Assembly: GCA_948571325.1 (NCBI GenBank)
Contig: CAOZKB010000001.1
Location: 1-34,619, forward strand
Direction of reading: 5' to 3'
Source: an uncultured Candidatus Saccharibacteria bacterium
GTDB taxonomy: Bacteria; Patescibacteriota; Saccharimonadia; Saccharimonadales; Saccharimonadaceae
DNA length: 34,619 nucleotides
Shown here: in pieces, positions 9,882 through 18,915 of the stretch
Numbering within the stretch: position 1 is the first letter of the stretch
How the letters are laid out: each line of letters begins with the position of its first letter
Notes under the pieces: model-generated
The model's input: the letters and a program-made list of their open reading frames with translations, nothing else
What the model was told of the DNA's origin: nothing
Databases searched by the model: none
Made by a program: the position numbers and the translations under genes

Positions 9882-10835
9882 ATGAAAAAATTATTGTCCG
9901 TAGTGGTTCCCTGTTATAATGAGGCGCCAGTGTTGGATAAATTTTATACTGAAATTAATAAAGTAAGTCATGAAATGACAGAGTTGGGTTTTGAATTTTT
10001 GTTTGTGAACGATGGCAGTAAGGATGAGACGTTGAAGAAGATTGAAGAATTACGTAATAAAGATCCGCGCGTGAGGTTTGTGTCGTTTTCGCGGAATTTT
10101 GGTAAGGAGGCAGCGCTACTGGCTGGGTTGGATTATGCAAAGGGTGATTACGTGGTGGTGATGGATGCAGATTTGCAGGATCCGCCGGAAATGTTGCCAA
10201 AAATGTATGAATATATCAAAAGTGGTGAATATGATTCGGTGGGAACACGGCGGGTGACGCGTGAGGGTGAGCCGCCGATTCGAAGTTTTTTTGCGCGGAT
10301 TTTTTATAAATTGATTAATAGGATGTCGAAAGTTGAAATGGTGGATGGAGCACGGGACTATCGTTTAATGACGCGGCAAGTGGTAGATGCGATTATCTCA
10401 ATGCGAGAGTATAACCGTTATTCTAAGGGATTGTTTAGTTTTGTGGGGTTCCGGACGAAGTGGTTAGAGTACCAGAATGTGCAGCGAGTAGCTGGTGAAA
10501 CACACTGGTCATTCTGGGGGCTATTAGTGTATGCGATTGACGGAATTTGCGCGTTTTCGACGGTGCCGCTGATCTTGGCGGCGATTATGGGGTTAGTGTT
10601 TTGCTTGGCGGCGTTTGTGATGATTGTGGTGATTGTCGTGAAGACTTTGGCGTTTGGTGATCCGGTGGGCGGGTGGCCGAGTATGATTTGTGTGATTTTG
10701 CTGGTGGGGGGTATTCAGTTGCTGGCGTTGGGAATTATTGGACAATATCTGGCAAAAACTTATCTAGAAACTAAGGGGCGCCCCGTGTATATCGTGCAGC
10801 GGACGGAAGAGGATAGGGAGTTGGTCTTGGCTTAG
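9882..10835 (+). CDS. Glycosyltransferase family 2 (GtrB/YkcC-like polyprenol-phosphate glycosyltransferase)
   Basis: VVPCYNE, VNDGSKD, SRNFGKEAA, MDADLQDPP; two C-terminal TM helices. Confidence 0.93.
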   Translation: MKKLLSVVVPCYNEAPVLDKFYTEINKVSHEMTELGFEFLFVNDGSKDETLKKIEELRNKDPRVRFVSFSRNFGKEAALLAGLDYAKGDYVVVMDADLQDPPEMLPKMYEYIKSGEYDSVGTRRVTREGEPPIRSFFARIFYKLINRMSKVEMVDGARDYRLMTRQVVDAIISMREYNRYSKGLFSFVGFRTKWLEYQNVQRVAGETHWSFWGLLVYAIDGICAFSTVPLILAAIMGLVFCLAAFVMIVVIVVKTLAFGDPVGGWPSMICVILLVGGIQLLALGIIGQYLAKTYLETKGRPVYIVQRTEEDRELVLA

Positions 10836-11260
10836 CGTGCTAGGCAGCGGATTGGTAGGCCGTAGTTAGAGCGGGGAATGTAATATTCGGGGAACATATT
10901 GGTGACGCCAATATGGAAGGTTAGTGTGTTCGTACTGGTGGCGTAGGCAGTTAGGTCTAGGGCAATGATGCCAAATTGAACAAGCCCGTAGTAGTCGGTT
11001 TTGATGGTGGTATGCCCGCTACGTACGAAATATAATGGACTAGTGGCGATATTGAAATTGAGATGGTTGATGGTGCTAGTAATGTTTGATGCCATACCGT
11101 AGGCCGCAAAGAGGCGATTGAAAGTAGTGGAAGGGTAATTATTGCTGGTGGGTAGTTGCCAGTTGCTGGGGCAAATAGAACCAGGGGCTTCTGCGTCGGT
11201 GATTGTGTCGCCAGTACCAGCCGTGGCGGCGCCCCACTAATAACGATAACCAGCCCCTAT
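10832..11260 (-). pseudogene. C-terminal remnant of a FISUMP (Fib_succ_major-like) surface protein gene
   Basis: In-frame Y*WGAATAGTG...SICPSNWQLP...SPLYFVRSG...IRCLAR; TAG at 11237-11239; no N-terminal part. Confidence 0.7.
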
Positions 11261-11394
11261 TTTATAAAGATTAAAATTGCCAAAACCAAATGTTATATCT
11301 ATTGTATCATACATAACCGCTACCGCGCAAGACCTTTTTATGAGAAAAATTGCCCCACTTGCCATTATGCGTCGTTCGTGCTATAATAAGGGTT

Positions 11395-11742
11395 ATGACT
11401 GAAGAAGAAATAAGGGCAGTTGTTGCCAACTTCGTAAATCGTTTGCGCAAAAAAGGGTTTAAGCAAAGTGGGTGCTTTATATTGCTTGAAGAACGAGCTG
11501 GTGTATATAATCTTCGCCTTGCCAAAGAAAAAGGCGGTTTATTCGCTATTTCCTACCCTGACGACCTCTCCGAGAAGTCCGCGACCGCCACCTGTGAATT
11601 ATCTGGCATATTGTATTATGCTCTCAAAAATCGGCAACGCAACCTCAAAGCAGCGCACGCCACTCCTAAGGAAGTGCGTGTTCAGAACGGACGCAAAGCC
11701 AGTCTGGAACGCTGGGGATCTGCCAACAAAAACAAAAATTAG
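11395..11742 (+). CDS. Hypothetical phage-type protein with a basic C-terminal 'TPxxRxxxxxKAxxxRW' motif
   Basis: TTGCCA-17-TATAAT then ATG 11395; C-terminus AAHATPKEVRVQNGRKASLERWG. Confidence 0.6.
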   Translation: MTEEEIRAVVANFVNRLRKKGFKQSGCFILLEERAGVYNLRLAKEKGGLFAISYPDDLSEKSATATCELSGILYYALKNRQRNLKAAHATPKEVRVQNGRKASLERWGSANKNKN

Positions 11743-11792
11743 ACTAGACGAAAGTGTTTTAGCTTGTTATAATAGAAACATAATTTATTTAA

Positions 11793-11868
11793 TCGACTAG
11801 AACAAAGCCCCTGAAAGGCGATTGGAGGTAGCAATACCACAATTACCTTGACGGGGCTTTTTCGTCGA
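11793..11868 (+). ncRNA. Putative structured leader RNA (rod-like hairpin with GCAA tetraloop)
   Basis: Nested pairs TCGAC/GTCGA, AAAGCCCC/GGGGCTTT, AAGG/CCTT, ATTG/CAAT, GGTA-GCAA-TACC; TGTTATAAT at 11765-11773. Confidence 0.5.
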
Positions 11869-11910
11869 ACTTCTTATATTATAAATCATTAACAGAAAGG
11901 AGTAGTGCCT

Positions 11911-12297
11911 ATGAGCACTAGAAGTAGGATCGCTATTGCCATAAAAAATGGCAAGCAGACGACATATAAAAGTATATATTGTCATCTAGATGGCTACCCT
12001 GAGGGCGTAGGCGAAATGCTTACAACTTTTTACACTACGAGGCGCAAGATTAAGAAACTGATCAAAAGGGGTAATCTGTCCGTCCTGAATAGACAGACCG
12101 GAAGTAATTGTCGACTAGGGCGCTTATTCTCAAAAGACGCGTCCGTCGCATACCGAGATAGAGGCGACAAGAACACCAACGCGCTAGAAGCTACGAGTAT
12201 CGAGCAACTTCGAGAACAGGCGCGACACTACTTTGCGGAATATCTGTATATCTGGAACGATGGACTTGGCTGGCAATGCGAAGCCGTAAAGTGGTAA
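11911..12297 (+). CDS. Conserved phage hypothetical protein (MSTRS...IYCHxDGYP family)
   Basis: MSTRSRIAI...SIYCHLDGYPEGVG...EYLYIW; GAAAGGAG RBS. Confidence 0.8.
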   Translation: MSTRSRIAIAIKNGKQTTYKSIYCHLDGYPEGVGEMLTTFYTTRRKIKKLIKRGNLSVLNRQTGSNCRLGRLFSKDASVAYRDRGDKNTNALEATSIEQLREQARHYFAEYLYIWNDGLGWQCEAVKW

Positions 12298-12431
12298 GAA
12301 TAAAAAGTAAGACAAACAAAATAAGCGAAGTTTCCGCGCGACGCTTGGCGTAGGGAGCTTAGCAATAGGTATAACACGCTAAAAACCTTTGAAGCGGAGG
12401 GTTTTTGACGCGCATAATTTGGAGGTAATAG

Positions 12432-12782
12432 ATGGCAAGCTCACTCAATGTCAATGGCATTGGGACTTCTAGAAAGAAGTCGTCATTGTCAATGATAGAT
12501 AAAGATGCATTTTTGGCAGAACTACGCGAACGAACCCGCAAGCCAATTCCGCAAACAGAACAATACATAGACTCAAAAGCTGACAGGCTAGTAGCGAAGT
12601 TTAACGCCCCAGAAAGTCGCGCCTTTTATTGCGACTGCGCCCGGTATTTATCGGAAAACTTTATCGAGTGCGCTATCGAAAATACATTTCGTCCACGACC
12701 GAGGAACCCTATTAGAAATAAGGCTGCTTATTTCGGGCGAGTATGCGTCAACGAACTGGTAAGATTAGGTATTTACCAGTAG
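12432..12782 (+). CDS. Small phage protein, possibly a replication-initiator C-terminal-like domain
   Basis: GGAGGT RBS; C-terminal IRNKAAYF resembles phage/plasmid Rep C-termini (weak). Confidence 0.6.
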   Translation: MASSLNVNGIGTSRKKSSLSMIDKDAFLAELRERTRKPIPQTEQYIDSKADRLVAKFNAPESRAFYCDCARYLSENFIECAIENTFRPRPRNPIRNKAAYFGRVCVNELVRLGIYQ

Positions 12783-12832
12783 CCTATACCTGTTATCTCC
12801 GACCAATTTATCAACTAAACGGAGATTTACAA

Positions 12833-13804
12833 ATGAGTAATTTTACATACAAAAAAGAAGATCCTATCGCTATGATGACGCAATTCGCCTCGTGGGGTTT
12901 ACCACAGACGATGGTAGTAGCGAAAGATCCAAAAATCAGTATGGAAGAAGCCTTTAAGCGGCGCATCGACAATGATGTCGTAGCGGCCGGCGCTTCGCCA
13001 AAGACCGTGCGCCATTGCGAGTATATTGGTAGGTTGGCAACCGATTTCTTCGGCAAAGATAAAGAAATGACCACCCTCGACATTGACGATGTGCTCAATT
13101 ATCACGACCATCTAGCCTCGTGGCTACGTCCCGATACGGTACGCAAAGCCCTGACCGACCTCAAATGCGTCTTGCGCTGGTGCGCTATGCGGGGCTACCG
13201 CGTGCTACATCCCGATTTTATCAAACTGCCAAAGCACGAGAAACGCACCGTCAACTTTCTGACCGAAGAAGAAGTCTTTGAGTTTATCAATGTCGTGCGC
13301 CAACCTCGGATCGGTTTGTCGGAGCAAGGACGCTTGCGTAATGTGGCGATCTGCGAGTTGTTATACTCGAGTGGGGTGCGCGTGTCGGAACTTGTGGCAC
13401 TAAACCGCAAGCAGATCAAACGGCGCGAATTTGCCGTGGTTGGTAAGAGTAAGCTGGCGCGTCCGTGCTTCGTGTCGCCACGCGCCGATCACGCCCTCAA
13501 GGAATATCTTGCTACTCGTAAAGACAAGAACCCGGCGTTATTCCTGTCAACCGAGGAAGAAAAACGCCTAAGTGACCAAAGTGTGCGCAATGTCTTTAAG
13601 CGAGTGTGTATGATGTCGGACTTCGAGGGCGTCCACCCGCACACTTTCCGCCACTCGTTCGCCACAAACTTGATTAATCATGGCGTCGATATCAGCTTCG
13701 TAAGCAAGTTTCTCGGCCATGAAAGCCTTGATGTGACGAAGATCTACCTGCACTTTACTAATCAAGGCCTGAAGAAGATCCATCAAGCCGTAATGGGTTG
13801 CTAG
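12833..13804 (+). CDS. Tyrosine recombinase/integrase (XerC/XerD-like)
   Basis: SGVRVSEL (R), GKS (K), HPHTFRHSFAT (HxxR), LGH, TKIY (Y); GGAG RBS before ATG 12833. Confidence 0.93.
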   Translation: MSNFTYKKEDPIAMMTQFASWGLPQTMVVAKDPKISMEEAFKRRIDNDVVAAGASPKTVRHCEYIGRLATDFFGKDKEMTTLDIDDVLNYHDHLASWLRPDTVRKALTDLKCVLRWCAMRGYRVLHPDFIKLPKHEKRTVNFLTEEEVFEFINVVRQPRIGLSEQGRLRNVAICELLYSSGVRVSELVALNRKQIKRREFAVVGKSKLARPCFVSPRADHALKEYLATRKDKNPALFLSTEEEKRLSDQSVRNVFKRVCMMSDFEGVHPHTFRHSFATNLINHGVDISFVSKFLGHESLDVTKIYLHFTNQGLKKIHQAVMGC

Positions 13805-13831
13805 AAATCGCACATTATGGAGGCAAAATAT

Positions 13832-13867
13832 AAAGATGGTGCTTTTAGGTACGGCACCATCTTTTTT
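13832..13867 (+). terminator. Intrinsic terminator after the recombinase
   Basis: AAAGATGGTGC...GCACCATCTTTTTT. Confidence 0.8.
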
Positions 13868-13942
13868 GTGCTAGCACTCCTCCGCGCCCTGACGCCGTCG
13901 GTCGTTCCGACCTTTGGGCGCAAGCGCGTCGTCGCCGGCCAA

Positions 13943-14638
13943 CTACCTATCTCTAAACTCTTTCTTTTTAAGCGGCTTAAACATATATTTATTAATCATT
14001 TTATCGTCACCGAGAATATGTCGTTCAGATCGTGATAATGTGTGCCTGTCCATTTTCAACTTGGTGAGCGCCGCAGTACAAACAAAATCCGCCGCTTGGA
14101 GCATTTTATAATCTTGCTGTCGAGCAACCTTGATTTCTGGGTTATTAAACATAGCCGTACAGACCGCCATAATGATTTTAGCTACGCCGTCTTGCCCATT
14201 ATCATAGTAAACTTTCACCTTGTCGAATTGCACGAAGTATTGGTAATGTTGTCGAATAAAATCAGTAATCTGTTGAACGAGCTTCTTAGCAAGTTCCATA
14301 CTGGTATCAATATGTTTCTTCTCGACAATAAAGTTCTTGTAACTAAACTGAGCTTTCTCAATAAACGCCTTTGTACGACGAAAAATCTGTAACCGTTCTT
14401 CAACAGACATCGTAGCATATTCGTATTCGCGCCGAATTAGCGGTCCCATATGAACAAAGTTTCGCTTGAGCATAGTTTCGCTAAGCGCGCGGTCAAAGCT
14501 CTGGAACAAGCCAGACATATCGTCGGCTTGATTATGAAATACCATACTAATGATGTAGCAGGGGCACTTCGGGTCGTATGCCCCAAAATCACCGCTTTCG
14601 TCTATGAAGATGCTTAATTCTTTTGGTGATTGCGTCAT
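13943..14638 (-). CDS. DUF3800 family protein (predicted RNase H-like fold)
   Basis: IFIDESGD near the N-terminus, VYYD, C-terminal LQAADFV; AGAGGG RBS before ATG 14638. Confidence 0.85.
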   Translation of the reverse strand: MTQSPKELSIFIDESGDFGAYDPKCPCYIISMVFHNQADDMSGLFQSFDRALSETMLKRNFVHMGPLIRREYEYATMSVEERLQIFRRTKAFIEKAQFSYKNFIVEKKHIDTSMELAKKLVQQITDFIRQHYQYFVQFDKVKVYYDNGQDGVAKIIMAVCTAMFNNPEIKVARQQDYKMLQAADFVCTAALTKLKMDRHTLSRSERHILGDDKMINKYMFKPLKKKEFRDR

Positions 14639-14668
14639 ATACAGCCCTCTATAAGTTTTATATCTAAG

Positions 14669-14733
14669 CACCAAAGTGGCGGGGGCTAGCCCCGCCGATC
14701 GGTTGGACCAAGAGCGTTACGCCCAGCCCAGTG
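14669..14733 (-). ncRNA. Putative DUF3800-associated two-hairpin RNA
   Basis: TGCTATAAT (14739-14747, minus strand) followed by hairpins GGGCTGGGCG-TAA-CGCTCTTGGTCC and GGCGGGG-CTAGC-CCCCGCC. Confidence 0.55.
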
Positions 14734-14794
14734 ATTACATTATAGCACACCCGATTAATGATGTAAAGAGTTTTAGCTAGCGACTTTCCGCCCA

Positions 14795-16162
14795 CTATTT
14801 CATTTTCTTCGCTAACTCTTTGCTAGTAAAGTTCCCGTTACCTAGTATTATCGCTACTACTGCCGTGAGTAGCATTGCTCCAGCCAGCCACCAAATCAAG
14901 TTATTCCACCCCACCAGCCAAACCGCTCCAGCTTCCATTCCAAATGCTAGTGACCATACCGACCTTAATGCTTCCATGTTCACCATACTTAACACCGCCG
15001 CTAGTATTAGCCCTACTATTACCGCAAACCCTACTGCCATCACGCTCAACATCAGCAAATATACGGCATAAACCACCCGAATCTGCCCCTTGGTGGCGCC
15101 CAGCGCATGATAGAGCGAAATAATCTTCAGGTCTTTGCCAATCAGCCTCGCGTAAGTACTTAGCGCAATAATCACCGCGATTACTACCAGCACTGCCGCA
15201 ACAATCTTAAACACCAGCCAGGCATTCTGTAGGTTCTCATAGGTTGTCAGTGGGTTGGACACCGCCGAAACTACTTGATACTTATAATCTTTGCCGCACA
15301 TGTTAAAGACCCGGTCGGTTTCCGAGCAATAATTTACTTTATCTTGATAGTATTTATAGGCTGCTTCTATATTCTCAAACTGTGCAAACACTATGCCCAT
15401 TTCTTCCGCGTCCATATCTTCCATCGCTACGAACCCGGAGGGTGGCTCTATGCTATCACTATCTACCGCCGGCTCCACTGCGGCGGTTTTAATCACGAAG
15501 TTTTGACTCGCACCTGTATTTATCTGCCCTAAAATCAAATCTAAAGGATTACCGCCTTGTTCAATGATTGCTAGCGACAGACTACTTATATACACTCCGC
15601 CCGGCAAAATCTTGGCAATATAATACTTTTCTTTAGTTTTACTTTCTACAGTTTGATGTAGCGTCTTTTCTCTCACTTCTTTAATAGCGTCTAGTTGCTC
15701 CGTCACTTCCGCGTCGCGCTCTGGCATTTCTATATCGGCAAGCTTCGCCGCCACCTCCAGCGGCACGACTACTTCCGTCACATCGCTCTCGCTCCTATTT
15801 TGCGCGTCAACAAACACATCTTCTTTCAGTTTATAAAACATGCCGTCCGTTGTTTGGCTAATCTCCGCTGGGATTATCTCCCCACCATATCGCTCAACAT
15901 TCTTCTTAATCTCCGCTACTCCCGCCGTAATATCGCAGTCCTCCCCGCAAACATTTGTGTCAACACTGCTTATAACTAGCACTTTACCATCAGTCGGAGC
16001 TAGCATTTCCGCGAGCACTGTATTTTCTAACCCTTGTAGCACAAACACTCCAGCCGTCACCACACTAAAGAGTAACCCGACAATTATCACGACCGTGAAC
16101 GCGCGCTTCTTGTGGGCTTTGACTCCGGCAAAGCCCAGCCTAAGATAATCAATAATTCTCAT
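14795..16162 (-). CDS. ABC transporter permease (FtsX/MacB-like)
   Basis: N-terminal TM, large extracellular loop, C-terminal SLYHALGA plus TMs. Confidence 0.88.
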   Translation of the reverse strand: MRIIDYLRLGFAGVKAHKKRAFTVVIIVGLLFSVVTAGVFVLQGLENTVLAEMLAPTDGKVLVISSVDTNVCGEDCDITAGVAEIKKNVERYGGEIIPAEISQTTDGMFYKLKEDVFVDAQNRSESDVTEVVVPLEVAAKLADIEMPERDAEVTEQLDAIKEVREKTLHQTVESKTKEKYYIAKILPGGVYISSLSLAIIEQGGNPLDLILGQINTGASQNFVIKTAAVEPAVDSDSIEPPSGFVAMEDMDAEEMGIVFAQFENIEAAYKYYQDKVNYCSETDRVFNMCGKDYKYQVVSAVSNPLTTYENLQNAWLVFKIVAAVLVVIAVIIALSTYARLIGKDLKIISLYHALGATKGQIRVVYAVYLLMLSVMAVGFAVIVGLILAAVLSMVNMEALRSVWSLAFGMEAGAVWLVGWNNLIWWLAGAMLLTAVVAIILGNGNFTSKELAKKMK

Positions 16163-17506
16163 TTAATCTTCTTTCAGTTTCTTGGCAATGTGTTTGGCGG
16201 AGAAGCGGCGGAGGGTAAAGAGTAATGACAAAGGCGCTACTGCCATTACCACAAGTAAAATAAACCAAAATGCTCCGTTAAACATAAATAGTGTAATCTT
16301 TGGTAGATAATCTAGACCATAAAACGCCCGCAATCGTTCGGCTAAGGCTCCCGCGCTCGTCAACGCCAACATTCCGATAAACAGAAACGCAATTATAATC
16401 GTCGCCACTATAGCAAGCAAACAAAGCTCTACCAAATATAAGAAATAAATTAAATAGATATTTCCCGTACTTGCTCCCATTGCCCGATAAAGTGCCACCG
16501 TCGCCGCATCTTGATCGATCAGGTGCGCAAAAGTCATTACGGCTACTATTGTCGCAACAACCAGTAGTAAGATTTCTACGGCAATTAGTAAAACTTTTTG
16601 AGTATTAAATGAGTTGACTACACTGAGTGTCGTTCCGAATAGATCCTGTGCATTATACTTAAAGTCCGTATATAGTTTTACTCCAAACTTTTTTTCGTCT
16701 GGGCTGGCAAACTCTGCCGCCCTATATGGATCGTCGAACTTTACTACTGCTGTTTTCTGAACTGGCGCAGTATTATACCACGCGCCATCTTCTGAGAGAT
16801 ATTTCTCTAACTGTTCTTTAATATATTGTTCTACTTTTCCCGAACCATCGTCAACTAGCCAAAAATCGTCATTAGTCGCACTCGGAAGTTGCGCTAAAAT
16901 CACATTCAATGGATTAAACCCAGCAAGAGTTGGTTTACCAGTTTCAGTGCCCGGAATACTTCCAACTCGATACAATGTTCCGTTTATTCTTTCTTCAAAA
17001 CTCTCCATATTCTGTGACGGTTTCCATCCCTCCGGCATAATCGTTGGTATTTTATCGTTCAGCAAAGATCCCCATAAATCCGCGTCGATAAACTGTTCGA
17101 CCGCCGCTTTATCAATAACCCGATATGGATAATCTAATTGATAATACCAATAATAGCCGATAACCTCTCCGTCATATTCGCCTACTCGTTCCCGAACTTT
17201 TTTGTCATCTTCCTCGCTTAAAACTGGTTCTAGGCTGATTTGAGATATTTCTTCTGGGCTATATATGGAACTAAAATCAGCATTTCCACCCCAGCTGCCA
17301 TATCTTGCCTCAATATACACATCTCCACTCGTCTGCCCAGCAGAAGCCGTAATTGTGGTTTTCTCAATTCCAGAGGCAATGAAGTTAAACCCCATAATTA
17401 CGCCGAATAACAAAGAAATTGTCAAGACAATAATTACACTACGCTTTTTGTGCTCAGCGATATTGCTCCAACTTAAGCGTAGCGCATCAGAAAACTTCAA
17501 ACCCAT
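16163..17506 (-). CDS. ABC transporter permease (FtsX/MacB-like)
   Basis: Paralog of the adjacent permease; ALYRAMGA motif. Confidence 0.88.
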   Translation of the reverse strand: MGLKFSDALRLSWSNIAEHKKRSVIIVLTISLLFGVIMGFNFIASGIEKTTITASAGQTSGDVYIEARYGSWGGNADFSSIYSPEEISQISLEPVLSEEDDKKVRERVGEYDGEVIGYYWYYQLDYPYRVIDKAAVEQFIDADLWGSLLNDKIPTIMPEGWKPSQNMESFEERINGTLYRVGSIPGTETGKPTLAGFNPLNVILAQLPSATNDDFWLVDDGSGKVEQYIKEQLEKYLSEDGAWYNTAPVQKTAVVKFDDPYRAAEFASPDEKKFGVKLYTDFKYNAQDLFGTTLSVVNSFNTQKVLLIAVEILLLVVATIVAVMTFAHLIDQDAATVALYRAMGASTGNIYLIYFLYLVELCLLAIVATIIIAFLFIGMLALTSAGALAERLRAFYGLDYLPKITLFMFNGAFWFILLVVMAVAPLSLLFTLRRFSAKHIAKKLKED

Positions 17507-17508
17507 CT

Positions 17509-18171
17509 CTACTTTTCCTCCGTCACTCGACCATTTTTGATACCGATAACCTGCGTCGCAAACCTCTCCACCATCGGATCGTGGCTGGCTACAATCATGA
17601 TTGCGCCGGTATCTTGTTGAATCTTTTTCAACATCTCAATCACATTCTTCGCGTTTTCCGGATCTAGATTATTCGTCGGCTCGTCCGCTAGAATAATCTC
17701 CGGATTCATAAACATCGCTCGCGCCGCGCAGGCTCTTTCTGCCTGTCCACCGGATACTTCTGACGGTAATTGATTTAAGACTTCAGCAATACCGAGTTTC
17801 TCCGCTAACTCCTTCGCCCTTGCTTCGCGTTCGCGTTTCGGCATTCCGGCGAAAGTTCCCATCAGGGCGATATTTTCGCCAATAGTGAGTTGGGGTTGGA
17901 GATAAAATCCTTGAAAAATAAAACCAATTTTATGACGGTAAAAATCTGTTCGCGCCTTGCCTTTGAGCTTACTGACATCTTGTCCGTCAATTAATACTTT
18001 GCCACTTGTCATTGGTTCTATTCCACCGATAATGCTAAGTAGAGTCGATTTTCCGGAACCGCTGACACCGCGAAGCATGGTAAAACTACCAGTTGGGATT
18101 TCTAAGTTAATATCAAAGAGCACTGGCTTTTTACCGTAACTCTTATTAAGATTTTCTAGTTTGATTGTCAT
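17509..18171 (-). CDS. ABC transporter ATP-binding protein (LolD/MacB-like)
   Basis: GVSGSGKS, VSGGQ, ILADEPT, SHD; ATG 18171 lies 6 nt after TATAAT. Confidence 0.93.
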   Translation of the reverse strand: MTIKLENLNKSYGKKPVLFDINLEIPTGSFTMLRGVSGSGKSTLLSIIGGIEPMTSGKVLIDGQDVSKLKGKARTDFYRHKIGFIFQGFYLQPQLTIGENIALMGTFAGMPKREREARAKELAEKLGIAEVLNQLPSEVSGGQAERACAARAMFMNPEIILADEPTNNLDPENAKNVIEMLKKIQQDTGAIMIVASHDPMVERFATQVIGIKNGRVTEEK

Positions 18172-18207
18172 ATACTTATTATACTGCATAATCAATGTTA
18201 ATATAGG

Positions 18208-18231
18208 AAAATACCCCGACCGAAGTCGGGG
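18208..18231 (-). terminator. Intrinsic terminator
   Basis: CCCCGAC-TTCG-GTCGGGG followed by TATTTT on the minus strand. Confidence 0.7.
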
Positions 18232-18316
18232 CAGTGTTCATTCTTGGCAGGTGATTGACAATATCTTCTTGTAGCCTTATACGGTCATATAGCACTATTG
18301 GCCTAAGGCTTGCGCT

Positions 18317-18784
18317 TTAATACGTGCATTCAACCAGGAATGACTTGTCGGGAGTGATCCAGCCCATACGAGGTGCAATTTCAACCTCCACGCGAGTAAC
18401 ATCCGGTCCGCACCAGAAGTCCTTGCTGTCAAAAATGCCGGTGCAGTTGTCTGCCTCCCAGATGGTGCCGTTGTTGCCGGACATGGTAATGTTAACCTGA
18501 TATTTAGCGCCATCCCAATCCTTTACTTTGAGCCAGATTGTGGCATTGATTCCGCCGGCCTTATAAGCGACCGTTGTCTTGCGGTGCCCAACCCATGTGG
18601 ACGACATATCAAGCGGCATAATACCGCCATTGTCGTTGCCGACGCTCTCGGCAGCCTCAACGACCACTTCCGTCTGCTGCTCTGCAGTATCAGGTGTAGC
18701 CTCTGCGGCAAACGCCGGAGCGGCCATGGACATAGACATTACAACGGCAAGAGCCGTTGCTAAAAACTTACGCACTTTCTTCAT
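18317..18784 (-). CDS. Secreted hypothetical protein, Clostridiales-style
   Basis: Signal peptide MKKVRKFLATALAVVMSMSMAAPAFA; acidic linker; GIMPL motif before a beta-rich domain. Confidence 0.75.
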   Translation of the reverse strand: MKKVRKFLATALAVVMSMSMAAPAFAAEATPDTAEQQTEVVVEAAESVGNDNGGIMPLDMSSTWVGHRKTTVAYKAGGINATIWLKVKDWDGAKYQVNITMSGNNGTIWEADNCTGIFDSKDFWCGPDVTRVEVEIAPRMGWITPDKSFLVECTY

Positions 18785-18915
18785 GAATAATCACCTTGAA
18801 CCTTTCTTGAAATGTGCTTGCCATATTACCCCGCCATTGAACACATATTCAATTATACACCATTCCTAGCGATAACACAGCGATAACACAAGACTTTTTG
18901 TCTTTTAGTTTTATG

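Noticed and set aside
10832-11260. Active diversity-generating retroelement
   Set aside because: No reverse transcriptase and no template repeat seen in the window.
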